NCBI RefSeq assembly: GCF_004010195.1
Contig: NC_057728.1
Coordinates: 53,075,723 to 53,113,855 of the forward strand
Direction: 5' to 3'
DNA from: Chiloscyllium plagiosum
Taxonomy: Eukaryota
DNA: 38,133 nt
Each line of letters begins with the position of its first letter. The first letter of the stretch is position 1. This document shows, one piece after another, positions 11,830 through 22,967 of the stretch. The notes beneath the pieces are model-generated. The model saw only the letters and a list, made by a program, of their open reading frames with translations, did no database searches and had not been told where the DNA came from. A program made the translations under genes and the position numbers.

Positions 11830-11925
11830 ATGAACTTTGTATGGTATAATCTACCTTACTGCATGCAAAACGAAACTTTTCGCCGTACCTAGGTACATGT
11901 GACAATAATAAATCAAATCAAATCC
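11830..11925 (+). mobile_element. Rex1/Babar 3' tail fragment
   Basis: GCAAAACGAAACTTTTCGCCGTACCTAGGTACATGTGACAATAATAAATCAAATCAAAT, matching the reverse complement of 34021-34080. Confidence 0.7.
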
Positions 11926-11934
11926 ATTACCTTT

Positions 11935-12050
11935 CAGGTAGTGGATGTTAAATTCAATTAATAAATCAGGTATTGGAATCTACTATCAGTAATAGTGACC
12001 ATGAAAGCATCACCAATCGTTTTTAAACAAAAGGTAGCATGGCTGTCCAG
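11935..12050 (+). mobile_element. Old shark SINE fragment (same family as 24600-24937)
   Basis: TTAAATTCAATTAATAAATCAGG..GTGACCATGAAA matches the reverse complement of 16770-16840. Confidence 0.45.
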
Positions 12051-12629
12051 ACTAAGGCACTGGATTCAGATTTCCATCTTCACAGGGACTGGATTCACAT
12101 GGGATCACCTCCAGTTTAAGTGTTTCATTATTACCCTTTCAGTTTGCTCGAAGTTAAAAGAAATAGTGAGCTGGAGAAACTCTTTGCTGGTCTGTTCCTG
12201 AGCTAGGTCAAAGCAGTCACTAACAGGACCAGACGTAGAGGGGGTTATTAAATCCACTGCCCTATTTCTGTGGTTATGGCCCTGGACAGAGAACATGTGA
12301 TGTCCAGTGGTACGTTGGAGGCGTTCTGTGATCGGTAGCACAGTGGCAGACAGGAATTCATTATTTCCCAACTCACGCCAACCAAATTTAATTGTGCTGA
12401 TATTTTTTCACAATTATATTTTTACTGCAGTGCCCTTTTGAATAGCTGTCCTGTTAATTTTGTGCAATCAATTTATCAGTTCTCAAAATAATGTATAAGG
12501 CCGACTTCTGGGACAGCACATTGGCAGGTAGGAGTAAGACAAATGTAGCATTGCATTCCATAAACAAAGAAATGATCTTTCTGATCTTTGTTTCACTGTC
12601 TGTGCTGGTGTGTGTATTGTCTAAACCAT

Positions 12630-12902
12630 GTCCCTGTCAGTCCTCTCAGTTAATGTAAAAGTTGCTCTGGCCTTATTTTGTTGAGGAGCATGGGTAATGT
12701 CTTTGCTATCCTGACCAATATATCGTTTTCAATTAACTTCACTAAAATGAGTTATTTGGTCATTATCCTGCTGGTGTTTAAGGACTCTTGCTGTGTAGAA
12801 ATTATCCTCTGCACTTCCTAAGTTACAACAGTGACTACAATTCAACAAATTGTAAACCAAGATGGAATGTAAAGGTGCTATATAAGTGCGAATATGGCTT
12901 TC
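12630..12902 (+). mobile_element. Deu-SINE, decayed
   Basis: CCTCTCAGTTAATGTAAAAG..CCTGACCAATAT..TGGTCATTATC..TTACAACAGTGACTACA..AAAGGTGCTATATAAGTGC. Confidence 0.65.
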
Positions 12903-13247
12903 TTTTGTACATATATGACAAGATCTCCAATGATGGTATCATGTTTGCTTTGAAGTGACCTCTTATGTACTTCTTGTTCTTGATTAGTGGTACATGTTAC
13001 ATTGAACAGTCATGCCAGTGCACTCCTTTGGTGATGGTAGGGGAAATCCATGGCAATTCCTACCTCTATGGTGATTAGCATGGCCATTGGAGGCTAAAGA
13101 GGGCAATTCAATGGCCATTACAACCTCTACACACTTCTAAAAGCTCTGCAAACATTATACATTACTTCAAGATGGAATTTGCATAAAATGAGACGTAATA
13201 GGATAAGTTTTGAAAGGACTCATGCTTCAACCTCACTTCCTTTGATC

Positions 13248-13772
13248 TTTCATGTTGGTGATGAAAGAGATCAAGAAGGCCTTAAGCGTGCCTGTGGTGG
13301 GTGGATGCTTGCAGTGGATGGACATGTTCAAGCTCCTGAGCAGGTGGAGCACAGCAATTCCTGGTTTAAGCAGAATGCTTCCATTAACTGTACCTTTCTG
13401 TAGCAGCCTTGTGCCTATTTGTTTCAAACTTGTGGCTTGCTTTCCTTATGGTTGTGCTCCAGCTGTCTCTGTTGGCAGCATCCAGTTCCCACGCCTATTG
13501 TTCAATGTCAGCCAGACAGAGCTGTGTGTTCAATTGGTCATTGAAGCATTTGCAAGGTACATAACCATAGTCTCGGTTACCACAGCACCATTCACTGCTT
13601 TTGGCAATACAGAATTACCTGTAGATTGCAACTGGTTTTATAAAAGAATGCATTCAATGTTCAGCAGATTGGCTCTTTTGGGAATTCCTTTGCTTGTGAT
13701 GTAGCTGTACAATTGTTTTCTATACAGAACCCATGACTCCAACACATATAAGAGCACGGCAATTACAAACTT
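13248..13772 (-). mobile_element. RTE-clade LINE ORF C-terminus and 3' end, decayed
   Basis: Minus-strand translation pieces: AVLLYVLESWVLYRKQ, KRANLLNIECILL, LPKAV, FNDQLNTQLCLADIEQ*AWELDAANRDSWSTTIRKASHKFE. Confidence 0.75.
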
Positions 13773-13779
13773 AACACTT

Positions 13780-14285
13780 AGAGAGGCATAGAGCTATCGA
13801 AATGTACATCACAGAAATGGACTCTTCAGTCCAACTAGTCCATGCTGATCAGATATCCTAACCTAATCTAGTCCCATTTGCCAATACTTGGCCCAAATAT
13901 CTCTAAATCCTTCCTATTCATATGCCCATCAGATGTCTTTTAAATGTTGTAATTGTACCAGCCTCCACCACTTCTTCTGGCAGCTCATTCTGTACACCCT
14001 CTATGTGAAAAAGTTGCCCCTAAGGTCCCTTTTAAATCCTTCCCCTCTCACCCTAAACCAATGCCCTAGTTCTGGACTCCCCCACCTCAAGGAAAGGACC
14101 TTGTCTATTTATCCTATCTATGCCCCTCATGATTTTATAAACCTCTAAAAGCTTCCAATGCTCCAGAGAAAATAGTTCCAGTCTATTTAGCCTCTCCTAA
14201 TATCTCAAACCATCCAACCTTGGCAACATCCTTGTGAATCTTTTCTAAACCCCTTTCAAATTTCACAACACCCTTCCAATAGGAG
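13780..14285 (-). mobile_element. HER1-type CR1 3' fragment
   Basis: Reverse complement of ~11155-11660. Confidence 0.9.
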
Positions 14286-14569
14286 GCTTCCAAAACCTCT
14301 ACATACTTTGCAATTACTTTAAGATGGAACTTACACCAAGTGAGATGTAATCAGATAAGGTTTGAGAGGTCCATGCTTCAATCTCTTTTCTTTTGATTCA
14401 TTCACATGGGCATCACAGACAAGATGATCTGTTGTCTGTCCGTAATTGCCCCTGAGAAATTATAGTGAATCACTTTCTTGAATATCACAAATGGGTTGTT
14501 GGCCTTTTCAGACAACAATTTTGAGTTAACAACATTGTTATGGATCTAATGCATGATGTGCACGTGGAT

Positions 14570-14790
14570 GGTAACACTGTGGTAAAGTTTCTAAACCAAT
14601 GTTCTGGTGTACATAAGCTCAAGTCTAAACATGCCAATTTGAGGAATTTAATTCAGTTAATTAATAGTTCTGGAACTGAAAATCTAAAACCAATGATAAT
14701 TGTCAAATCCTATCTATTTAATTACAGCCCTGCAGGGAAGGAAATCTGGCATCTTTATCCTACTGGTGTATATATTACTCCAGACTCGCA
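14570..14790 (+). mobile_element. Old shark SINE, decayed
   Basis: AGGGAAGGAAATCTGGCATCTTTA..TATTACTCCAGACTC core; reverse complement of part of 24720-24880. Confidence 0.5.
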
Positions 14791-15149
14791 TTAATAAGTG
14801 TTTGTTGTGTCTTTTGGTTGTTATGCTATTATATCTTGAAGAGATGTGCTCACTGATATCATTGCTTTATCACAACATGTGACCTAAACATAAAAAGGTC
14901 TCATGCTCCATCATTCCTCAAATTATTTAAAGTATGATGTTCTATTGGAACCATCCTGATTTGATGTACCTCAATGGCTTACTGGTAGCCCAGACACTTA
15001 CCTCATAGCTGGCTGCAGTGTGTCCGTTGAATTCTACAATATCAGAATTCCCAGTTCTCGTATGACAGGAGATAACATAAGCATTGCCATATCAGGCAAA
15101 ACATCCTGCTGAATGCAATCACACACCAATATGGTTAACTCTTAAGCCT

Positions 15150-15340
15150 TTTTTATTCATTCACAGAATGGGAATCAGTGGCTAGGCCTGCACTATTGTC
15201 CATCTCCAGAAGATGATGGTGAGCTGCCTTCTTGAATTCCTGCAATTGTTGGGGTGAAGCGACACTCACAGTGCTTTTAGGAAGGGAGTTTTAAGATATT
15301 GACCCAGCAACAGTGAAGGAACAGTGATATAATTCCAAGC
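15150..15340 (-). mobile_element. CR1-group LINE (second family) 3' end
   Basis: Similar to 8076-8290. Confidence 0.65.
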
Positions 15341-15344
15341 TTTA

Positions 15345-15735
15345 ATATTAGTAGCACAAAAGGAAGGAGGTTATTTTCCACTAGGCTAAAATATTAGTTA
15401 GACCTGAGCTGGTTGGGCACAGTTCGGGGCATCACACTTTGGGAAGGATGTGAATGTATTGGAGTGAATGCAGAAGAAATTTGCAAGAATGGTTCCAGAG
15501 ATGAGAAACTTGTGAAGGTATTTGGAGAGATTGGGATTGCTTCTTGGACCGGCAAAGGCTAAGAGAAAATTTAGTAGGAATTTTTTGAAATCAAGAGATG
15601 TGTGGCCAGATTAAATAGGGAATATCTTTTGCAATGTATGAAAGGATTGAGAATGTGAAGGCACAGATGTAAAGTAATTAACAGAAGAACTGATAGTGGC
15701 ATGAGGCAAATCTCTTTCATGCAGTGAATAGGTAG
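15345..15735 (+). mobile_element. Old CR1 3' fragment
   Basis: AGGATGTGAATGTATTGGAG..GCAGAAGAAATTTGCAAGAATGGTTCCAG (decayed LERVQRRFTRM). Confidence 0.65.
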
Positions 15736-16192
15736 GACCATCAATGTTGCTTCATCATGACCTTCCCTCCATTATAAGGTCAGAAGTGAGGATTGTTACA
15801 GATGATTGCACAGTATTCAGCATTGATGACTCCTCAGATACTGAAGCAGTCCATGTTTAAATGCAACAAGATCTGGACAATATTCAGGCTTGGGTTGACA
15901 AGTGGCAAGTAACATTCATGCCACACAAATTCCAGACAATTATTATTTTCAATAAGAGATATCAAACTACTGTCCTTGATAATCAATGGTGTTATCATCA
16001 CCGAATCCTTCACTATCAACATCCTAGAGGTTACCATCAACCAGAACTCAACTGGACTTGCTATATAAATACATTGGCTACAACAGCATGTCAGAGGCTA
16101 GGAATATTACGACGATTAACTTACCTGCTGACTCCCCAAAGCCTGTTCGCAAGGCACAATCAGGGCTGTGATGGAATACTCCTCCTTTGCCT
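15736..16192 (+). mobile_element. CR1-group LINE (second family) RT C-terminal fragment
   Basis: RSEVRIVTDDCTVF..QQDLDNIQAWVDKWQVTFMPHK..RLGILRRL. Confidence 0.8.
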
Positions 16193-16350
16193 CAATGCCT
16201 CATTCCTGAAGAAGGGTTCATGCCTGAAACATCGATTCTCCGGCTCCTTGGATGCTGCCTGACCTGCTGCGCTTTTCCAGCAACACATTTCGCTTTTCCA
16301 GCAACACATTTTCAGCTCTGATCTCCAGCATCTGCAGTCCTCACTTCCTC
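16193..16350 (+). mobile_element. Short PLE 3' fragment with hammerhead (family A)
   Basis: CTGAAGA 16206-16212, GAAA 16226-16229; internal 21-bp tandem duplication at 16270-16311. Confidence 0.85.
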
Positions 16351-16724
16351 CTACATACAAGCATAGTTAGTTCACAGACCACCCTGAATGCACATCTGGC
16401 GTGTGTCCATGACACCATTCTCTGAACTTGTCCTGTCACTGCTGCTGCTCATTTAGAATTGTACCCCACAGAGTCATAAAGTCATGGAGTAATTTTATAT
16501 TGTCTCTCCACATTACTTCTATTAAATTGAATCTCTTCATGCAATTTCACCAACATGGTTGACATTTCTTTGAGACAAGGATAGCCATACAGCTAATGTG
16601 CACAATAGAAACCCAAACCACTATCCTCATGGCAACACAGCCAAATGGTATTACCCTCGCCAACCCTCTAAATCCTCAAGTAAAATCCTAAGAATGAATA
16701 GTATTAAAAAATGGAAATGAATAG

Positions 16725-16928
16725 CAGAATTCTTCTTGTTAAGGATATCAGGTGAATTTTTACATTAATCGGGCAGTTTCATGGTCAACAATACTGTTAA
16801 TAGTTTTTTTGTTTCTGATTTATTCAGTGAATTTAAATTTCCAGGGTGGGATTTCAATCATTTGTCTCTGTAACATTCATCCAAACCCTTACATTACTAC
16901 TCCAGTAGCATAACCACACCTTACCATC
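16725..16928 (-). mobile_element. Old shark tRNA-derived SINE
   Basis: Similar to 24760-24937 (GTTTCATGGTCA..GAATTTAAATTTCC..GGGATTT). Confidence 0.5.
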
Positions 16929-16934
16929 AAGGTA

Positions 16935-17115
16935 ACACACCATAAGGCTGCTCTCTGATTCAAGAGAGACTTCCGTGGTGGGTTAATCTGAGGATCCCCT
17001 CACCTCAAGCAAGGGGAGAGTTGAGAAGGAGAATCTTTCATGGTGCAGAAATTGAACCTATGCTGTTTGGTATCACCCTGCATTGACAAATTAACTGTCC
17101 AGCCAACTGAGCTGA
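16935..17115 (-). mobile_element. tRNA-derived SINE (distinct family)
   Basis: Minus strand: TCAGCTCAGTTGGCTGGACAG (A box), GGTTCAATT (B box), CCTTCTCAACTCTCCCCTTGCTTGAGGTG..CCTCAGATTAACCCACCAC core. Confidence 0.65.
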
Positions 17116-17225
17116 AGCAATCCCTTAGCTACCATCCTTATTTTACAGCAAGGGGCATACCAATAAGTCAAGACCTTGAAATACTTTCCCTAATATTTGA
17201 GCGAATAAGTCACTATGTCAGTACA

Positions 17226-17352
17226 GTCCTGAAGAAGGGCCTGTGCCCGAAACGTCGAATCTCCTGTTCCCTGGATGCTGCCTGACCTGCTATGCTGTTC
17301 CAGCAATAAAGTTTCAACTTTGATCTCCAGCATCTGCAGACCTCACTTTCTC
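17226..17352 (+). mobile_element. 127-bp PLE-derived hammerhead mini-element with 15-bp TSD
   Basis: TSD CACTA(T/A)GTCAGTACA at 17211-17225 and 17353-17367; HHR core 17229-17256. Confidence 0.88.
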
Positions 17353-17623
17353 CACTAAGTCAGTACAACTGTGCTCCTCAATCAATAGGCAGAAAGTGCA
17401 ATGTTTCACATCCATGTGGTTTCTTCCTTCACTGCAACACTGTAGTGAGCTTAACAATGTGGGCTTTGAAATTCAGATGTGTGAAAAATAGAGGGCGCAT
17501 CCATTGCCCACAGTCTACCAATAATCAAATTGCTGGATATATCTCTTATCATCTTTGTGTTTGTTGGCTTCTTACTTAAAAAGAAAAGTTGATCAGTCCT
17601 CAAAATAAACAATATATTTTAAC

Positions 17624-17670
17624 GTTAAAAATCACACAACACCAGGTTATAGTTCAACAGGTTTATTTTG
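17624..17670 (-). mobile_element. Family B PLE-derived tail fragment
   Basis: GTTAAAAATCACACAACACCAGGTTATAGTTCAACAGGTTTATTT, matching 22971-23016. Confidence 0.75.
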
Positions 17671-17819
17671 ATGATGGAACTAGTGGAATACAAACAGAAG
17701 AGGAAAGTAGACATCAGAAAAGATGAAAGGTAGCAAAAGGAGACATATATCATTGTTCAGTTACTATTCTATTGGCTTTGCATTTTGTTTTTCTGTATTC
17801 TGCTATAAGTGAGTTTAAA

Positions 17820-18580
17820 ATTACACTCTATACGAATGGAAAGGTCCTGGGGTATGTTGCTGAATAAAGAGATCTTGGAGTGCAGGTTCATAGCTCCTTG
17901 AAAGTGGAGTTGCGGGCAAATAGAATAGTGAAGAAGGTGTTTGGTATGCTTTCACCTATTTGAAAGAGCATTGAGTATAGGAGTTGAGAGGTCATGTTGC
18001 AGCTGTACAGAACAATGGTTAGGCCACTTTTGGAATACTGTGTGCAATTTTGGTCTCCTTCCTATTGGAAAGATGTTGTGAAACTTGAAAGGGTTCAGAA
18101 AGGATCTACAAGAATGTTGCCAGGGTTGGAGGATTTGAGCTATAGGGAGAGGCTGAATAGGCTGGGGCTGTTTACCCTGGAGCATTGGAGACAGGGGTGA
18201 CCTCATGGACGCTTATAAAATCATGAGGAGCATGGAAAGGGTAAATAGACAAGATCCTTTCCCTGGGGTAGAGGAGTACAGAACTTAGAGGGCATAGGTT
18301 TAGGGTGAGATCGGAATGATTTAAAAGGGACCTAACAGGGAACTTTTTCACACGGAGGGTGGTGCTTGTATGAAATGTGCTGCAGAGGAAGTGGTGGAGG
18401 CTGGTACAATTACAGCATTTAAAAGCCATCTGGATGGGTATATAAATAGGAAGGGTTCAGAGAGATTTGGGCCAAGTGTTAGAAAATGGGACTAGATTAG
18501 GTTAGCTTATCTGGTCGGCATGGGTGAGTTGGACCAGAGAGTCTGTTTCCATGCTGTACATCTTTTATGACTCTATGACT
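17820..18580 (+). mobile_element. HER1-type CR1 3' fragment
   Basis: MLQLYRTMVRPLLEYCVQFWSP; tail TATGACTCTATGACT. Confidence 0.92.
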
Positions 18581-18584
18581 TTAA

Positions 18585-18830
18585 CAACTCACCAAGAATT
18601 TTTCAATAAGTCTCTCAAACCCAAAACCTGTGACACCAAGAAGGAGATGTGCAGCAGGATCATGGGAAATTGTGCAATTGTGCCTCCACGTCACATACCA
18701 GCCTGGTTTGGAAATCTATCAGCCATTTCTTCATTGTCATCTGCAACACTGTGGGCATCCCTCCAACAGAAATGCAATGGTTAAAGAAGGCAACTCAGTA
18801 CCATCTGCTCAATGGCAATTAAGGATGGAC
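18585..18830 (+). mobile_element. CR1-group LINE (second family) 3' region, decayed
   Basis: Similar to 1000-1229, plus GGCAATTAAGGATGG tail. Confidence 0.55.
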
Positions 18831-18879
18831 AAAGTTCATAAAACAAAAGCAGAATTCCCTCTGTTTCCATTTTAAGGAA

Positions 18880-19420
18880 AGCAATGCCTTGCATCGGTGA
18901 TAATGCTGCAGTCATTAACAATTCCTTGTCAAAGGGCCTATTAATGAGACTTAGATCTGGTGATTAATCTCCCACATTAAGTCATTCTATATTTGAATAT
19001 GTCTGGATTAAGTTCTGATTGAATATAAATCGCGTTTAACAGCGTATTTGCATAATTCCATCGTATTTTTCTCCCTTTATCATTTTTCTTTCACCCCCCT
19101 GACCCCTCATCACTTTGCATTGACAATACCGGGAGAACAGGGGGATATTTTCATCAAATTGTAAATCGGAGAAAAATGTAACCTGCATTTCTCTGTCAAT
19201 CATAATGAACAGAGTAATTATGAGGACAGGGACCCTGGTGACAGCGGGTTTGATGTGATTGAAAATGCAACAGTTCATCAGAAAGAGATCTCCTGAGCAC
19301 ATTGCACATTTAGCAGATCCCCTTCATAATCAGGGGATATTTTAAAAGGGTCTGGACATTAATGAATGGGAGATTGCAATACATGGAGCTAGTGAATTGA
19401 CAGCCTGTTTTATACTTACC
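18880..19420. promoter_or_regulatory. Candidate conserved non-coding element/enhancer
   Basis: Repeat-free island with octamer ATTTGCAT (19046-19053), three TGACAG/CTGTCA sites (19193, 19239, 19398), TAATTA (19215) and retained CpGs; conservation not tested. Confidence 0.35.
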
Positions 19421-19689
19421 CCGCTGACACCCTTCCATTTACACTGCCCATTTAGCCCCGTTTAGAACTCTTGTTGCCTCCCCCCGTGTAATTCCCAATT
19501 ACATCTCCCCTCTTACACCATCCATTTACACTCCTCCATTTTTCAAACAAATATACACACTTGTTAAATCACCCCTCCCATTCCATCACCCCCACCACAA
19601 TCCCCACATTGTACAGGGTAAAACAGTGAAGTATAATATTGGCCAGTCGTCAATAAAATGGGATATGGTTCTCAATAATTCTGAAAATT

Positions 19690-19960
19690 AGTGCTCTTCA
19701 TATTCTCATCTAATTACCTTTTGAGTATTACAATGGGATCTGGTTCCCTGCTCTTTCAGGTAACACCATCTTTGTCTCAACAAGTCTCAGAGTGAAAACA
19801 TTTCTCCGCATTTCAGCTCTTGTTCTATGCAAATTGTTTTCAGTCTGTGACCTTTGCTTATCAAATCACTTTGCAAGATAGCAAGGCTTCTCTCTTATAT
19901 TTGCTTAATCAGAACCACTCATAATTCTGAACAACTCTATTAAACTTTCTCTTTATTATT
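19690..19960 (-). mobile_element. Old CR1 3' fragment
   Basis: Weak similarity to the reverse complement of the CR1 3' end (CTCAGAGTGAAAACATTTCTCC..CTCATAATTCTGAACAACTCTAT). Confidence 0.4.
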
Positions 19961-20269
19961 CTTTATCTGACGGTGCCGCTAAAGAATATTTAAGGAGCTT
20001 GCTTGAGATTAGGAAAACTATTAAGTTTATTTAAGAAACATTCTCCTGTGGCTGCATCTTGCCACAAGCCTAGCAAGAGAGGGCAATATTATGTGACATT
20101 ATGTAATAATGTACACTGTGTTTCATCACCCAGTGAGATTTCATACCTCATATTACACACTCAACATTCTCAGCTCCGAGGTGAACCATTCCATGTAACC
20201 GGTGTCACTCATCCTTAGGATTGTGCTGATAAACCTCCTGCTGTAACCTGTCAAAGGCCTTGACATTTG

Positions 20270-20390
20270 CTATTATTCAATTGTGGGACGTGGGCATTGC
20301 TGACTGGCTGGGCCAACACTTACTCCCTGTTCCTAGTTGTCGTTGAAAAGGTGGTGGTAAACTTCTTTCTTGAACTGCTGCAGTCCATGA
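20270..20390 (-). mobile_element. CR1-group LINE (second family) 3' end
   Basis: Similar to 8078-8190. Confidence 0.65.
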
Positions 20391-20396
20391 TCCTTA

Positions 20397-21965
20397 CAGT
20401 CATAGTCATAGAGATCTACTGCACGGAAACAGACACTTCAGTCCAACTCGTCCATGCCGACCAAATACCCCAACCCAATCTATTCCCACCTGCCAGCACC
20501 CGGCCCATATTCCTCCAAACCCTTCCTATTCATATGCCCTTTCAGATGCATTTTAAATGTTGCAATTGTACTAGCCTCCACCACTTCCTCTGGCAGCTCA
20601 TTCCATACACGTACCACCCTCTGCGGGAAAAAGTTGCCCCTTAGGTCTCTTTTATATCTTTCCCCTCTCACCCTAAACCTATGTCCTCTAGTTCTGGAAT
20701 CCCCCACTCCAGGGAAAAGACTTTGTCTATTTATCCTATCTATACCCTTCATGATTTTATAAACCTTTATAAAGTCACACCCCCAGCCTCCAACACTCCA
20801 GGGAAAACAGTCCCAGCCCCATAGCTCAAATCCTCAAACCCTGGCAACATCCTTGTAAATCTTTTCTGAACCCTTTCAAGTTTCACAACATCTTTCCGAT
20901 AGGAAGGAGAATAGAATTGCATGCAATATTTCAAAAGTGGCCCAATCAATGTCCTGTATAGCCGCAACATGACCTCCAAACTCCTGTACTCAATACTCTG
21001 ACACCTTCTCCACTATCCTATCTATCTGCGACTCCACTTTCAAGGAGCTATGAACCTGCATTCCAAGGTCTCTTTGTTCCCTAGGATCTTACCATTCTGT
21101 GCATAAGTCCTGCTAAGATTTGCTTTCCCAACATGCAGCACCTCACATTTATCTAAACTAAACTCCATTTGCCACTTCTCAGTGCATTGGCCCATTTGAT
21201 CAATCCATTGTAATCTGAGGTAACCTTCTTCGCTGTCCAGCACCAATCCTTGTGGCACTCCAATGGTCACAGGCCTCCAGTCTGTAAAACAACCCTCCAC
21301 CACCACTCTCTGTCTTCCACCTTTGAGCGATTTCTGTGTCCAAATGGCTAGTTCTCCCTGTATTCCATGAGATCTAACCTTGCTAACCAGTCTCCCATGG
21401 GGAATATTGTCAAACGCCTTTCTGAAGTCCATATAGATCACGTCCACTGCTCTGCACTCATCAATCCTCTTTGTTAATTCTTCAAAAAACTCAATCAAGT
21501 TTGTGAGACATGATTTGCCATGCACAAAGCCAGGTTGACTATCCCTAATCAGTTCTTGCCCTTCCAAATACATGTACACCCTGTCCCTCAGGATTTCCTC
21601 CAACAATTTGCCCACCACTGAGATCAGGCTCACTAGTCTATAGTTCCTGGCTTGTCCTTATCACCCTTCTTAAACAGAGGGACCACATTAGCCAACCTCC
21701 AGTCTTCTGGCACCTCATCTATGACTATCGATGATACAAATCTCAGCAAGAGGCTCAGCAATCACTTCCCTAGCCTCCCACAGACTTCTAGGGTACACTT
21801 GATCAAGTCCTGGGGATTTATGCATTTTAAGATATCCAGCACTTCCTCCTCTGTAATATGGACATTTTTCAAGATGTCATCATCTATTTCCCTATGTTCT
21901 ACATCTTCTATGTCCTTTTCCACAGTAAATACTGACGTGAAATACTCACTTAGTATCTCTCCCAT
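20397..21965 (-). mobile_element. HER1-type CR1, 5'-truncated with internal deletions
   Basis: RT motifs GEILSEYF, DFRKAFDNIPH and GVPQG; tail CAGTCATAGTCATAGAG at 20397. Confidence 0.93.
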
Positions 21966-22110
21966 CTCATAGAAATGTACTGCACGGCAGCAGACTCTTT
22001 GGTCCAACCTGTCCATGCTGACCAGATGTCCTAACCTAATCTACTCCCATTTGCCAGCACTTGACCCATATCCCTCCAGACCCTTCCTATTCATATACCC
22101 ATGCAGATCC
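21966..22110 (-). mobile_element. HER1-type CR1 3' tail (separate copy abutting the previous one)
   Basis: Near-copy of 20405-20550. Confidence 0.85.
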
Positions 22111-22221
22111 TTATTAAAGCTCAGAATTGGACACAATACTCCAGCTCAGGCATGACCAGAGAATAGGAAAGGTTTCATGAAGCTTTTGTGTTTTTATACT
22201 CAGTGCCTCTAGTTTTGAATT

Positions 22222-22459
22222 AGTTATTACCATCTGGGATTGTGCTTTGATTGTGTGCAGAATTGGGGCTTATGCAGTTTTGTGTGTGGTTGGGGGTTCT
22301 ACCCCTTTAAGAGAGCTGGTCAGGTGACCCAGAGGGGTGGAGCTTAGGTCCAGTGGAGAACTGGCTGTGGAGGTGTGAGCATAATTAATAAAGTGTTGCT
22401 GTTCAAATTATCATTTGCATATATAATTCCTGGTTTCAAAGGAAATCACCAACATAACA
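22222..22459 (+). mobile_element. Possible solo LTR
   Basis: GTTAT...ATAACA termini, CCTTTAAGA (TATA-like) and AATAAA at ~22387; no TSD seen. Confidence 0.3.
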
Positions 22460-22715
22460 GATACAATTTGCAGCTGGTGAACAATAACATTTTCTTGTAC
22501 ATTGTCTTCTCACCAGGTACAGTGCTATGTAACAGTGGATTCTACTATTGCTACCATCTCTTATCATTCTGATCATTGACCTGATCCATCTGGGATATGA
22601 TGGGGAGATTTACTAGCACCAGTCCTTCCTGCTGGTATTCGTTAAGCTACTGAAGGTTTCTCAAACAATGCCATAGGGAGAAGTTAGGCTCAGTCTTACC
22701 TAAACACAATGTTAC

Positions 22716-22812
22716 AGAAAACAACAAATGCTGGAACTCACAAACAGTAAGGCACCATCTATGGCGAGAGAGCAAGCTAACATTTCGAGTCTACATGATG
22801 CTTCATCAGAGC
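22716..22812 (-). mobile_element. Short PLE-derived element with hammerhead (family C)
   Basis: Minus strand GCT-CTGATGA-A-GCATC-ATGTA-GACTC-GAAA-TGTT-AGC; possible TSD ATGT(T/C)AC at 22709-22715 and 22813-22819. Confidence 0.65.
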
Positions 22813-22967
22813 ATGTCACTTTTTAGGAAGTTACGTGACATCCAAGATTCATCATGATTCTTTGTGAGACATAAGGTTCAACATAAGAGCTAGTTCACAT
22901 TACCACAACATTGGTAACCCATACAGAACCAAGCAGAATGGTAGACTTGTTAACTCCTCCCAAGAAC

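Noticed and set aside
13252..13704. 150-aa plus-strand ORF
   Set aside because: Antisense shadow of a decayed RTE ORF.
19420..19610. C-rich tract as telomeric or satellite repeat, or as a minus-strand exon with donor at 19419
   Set aside because: No regular period, no TTAGGG, and no supportable acceptor or frame.
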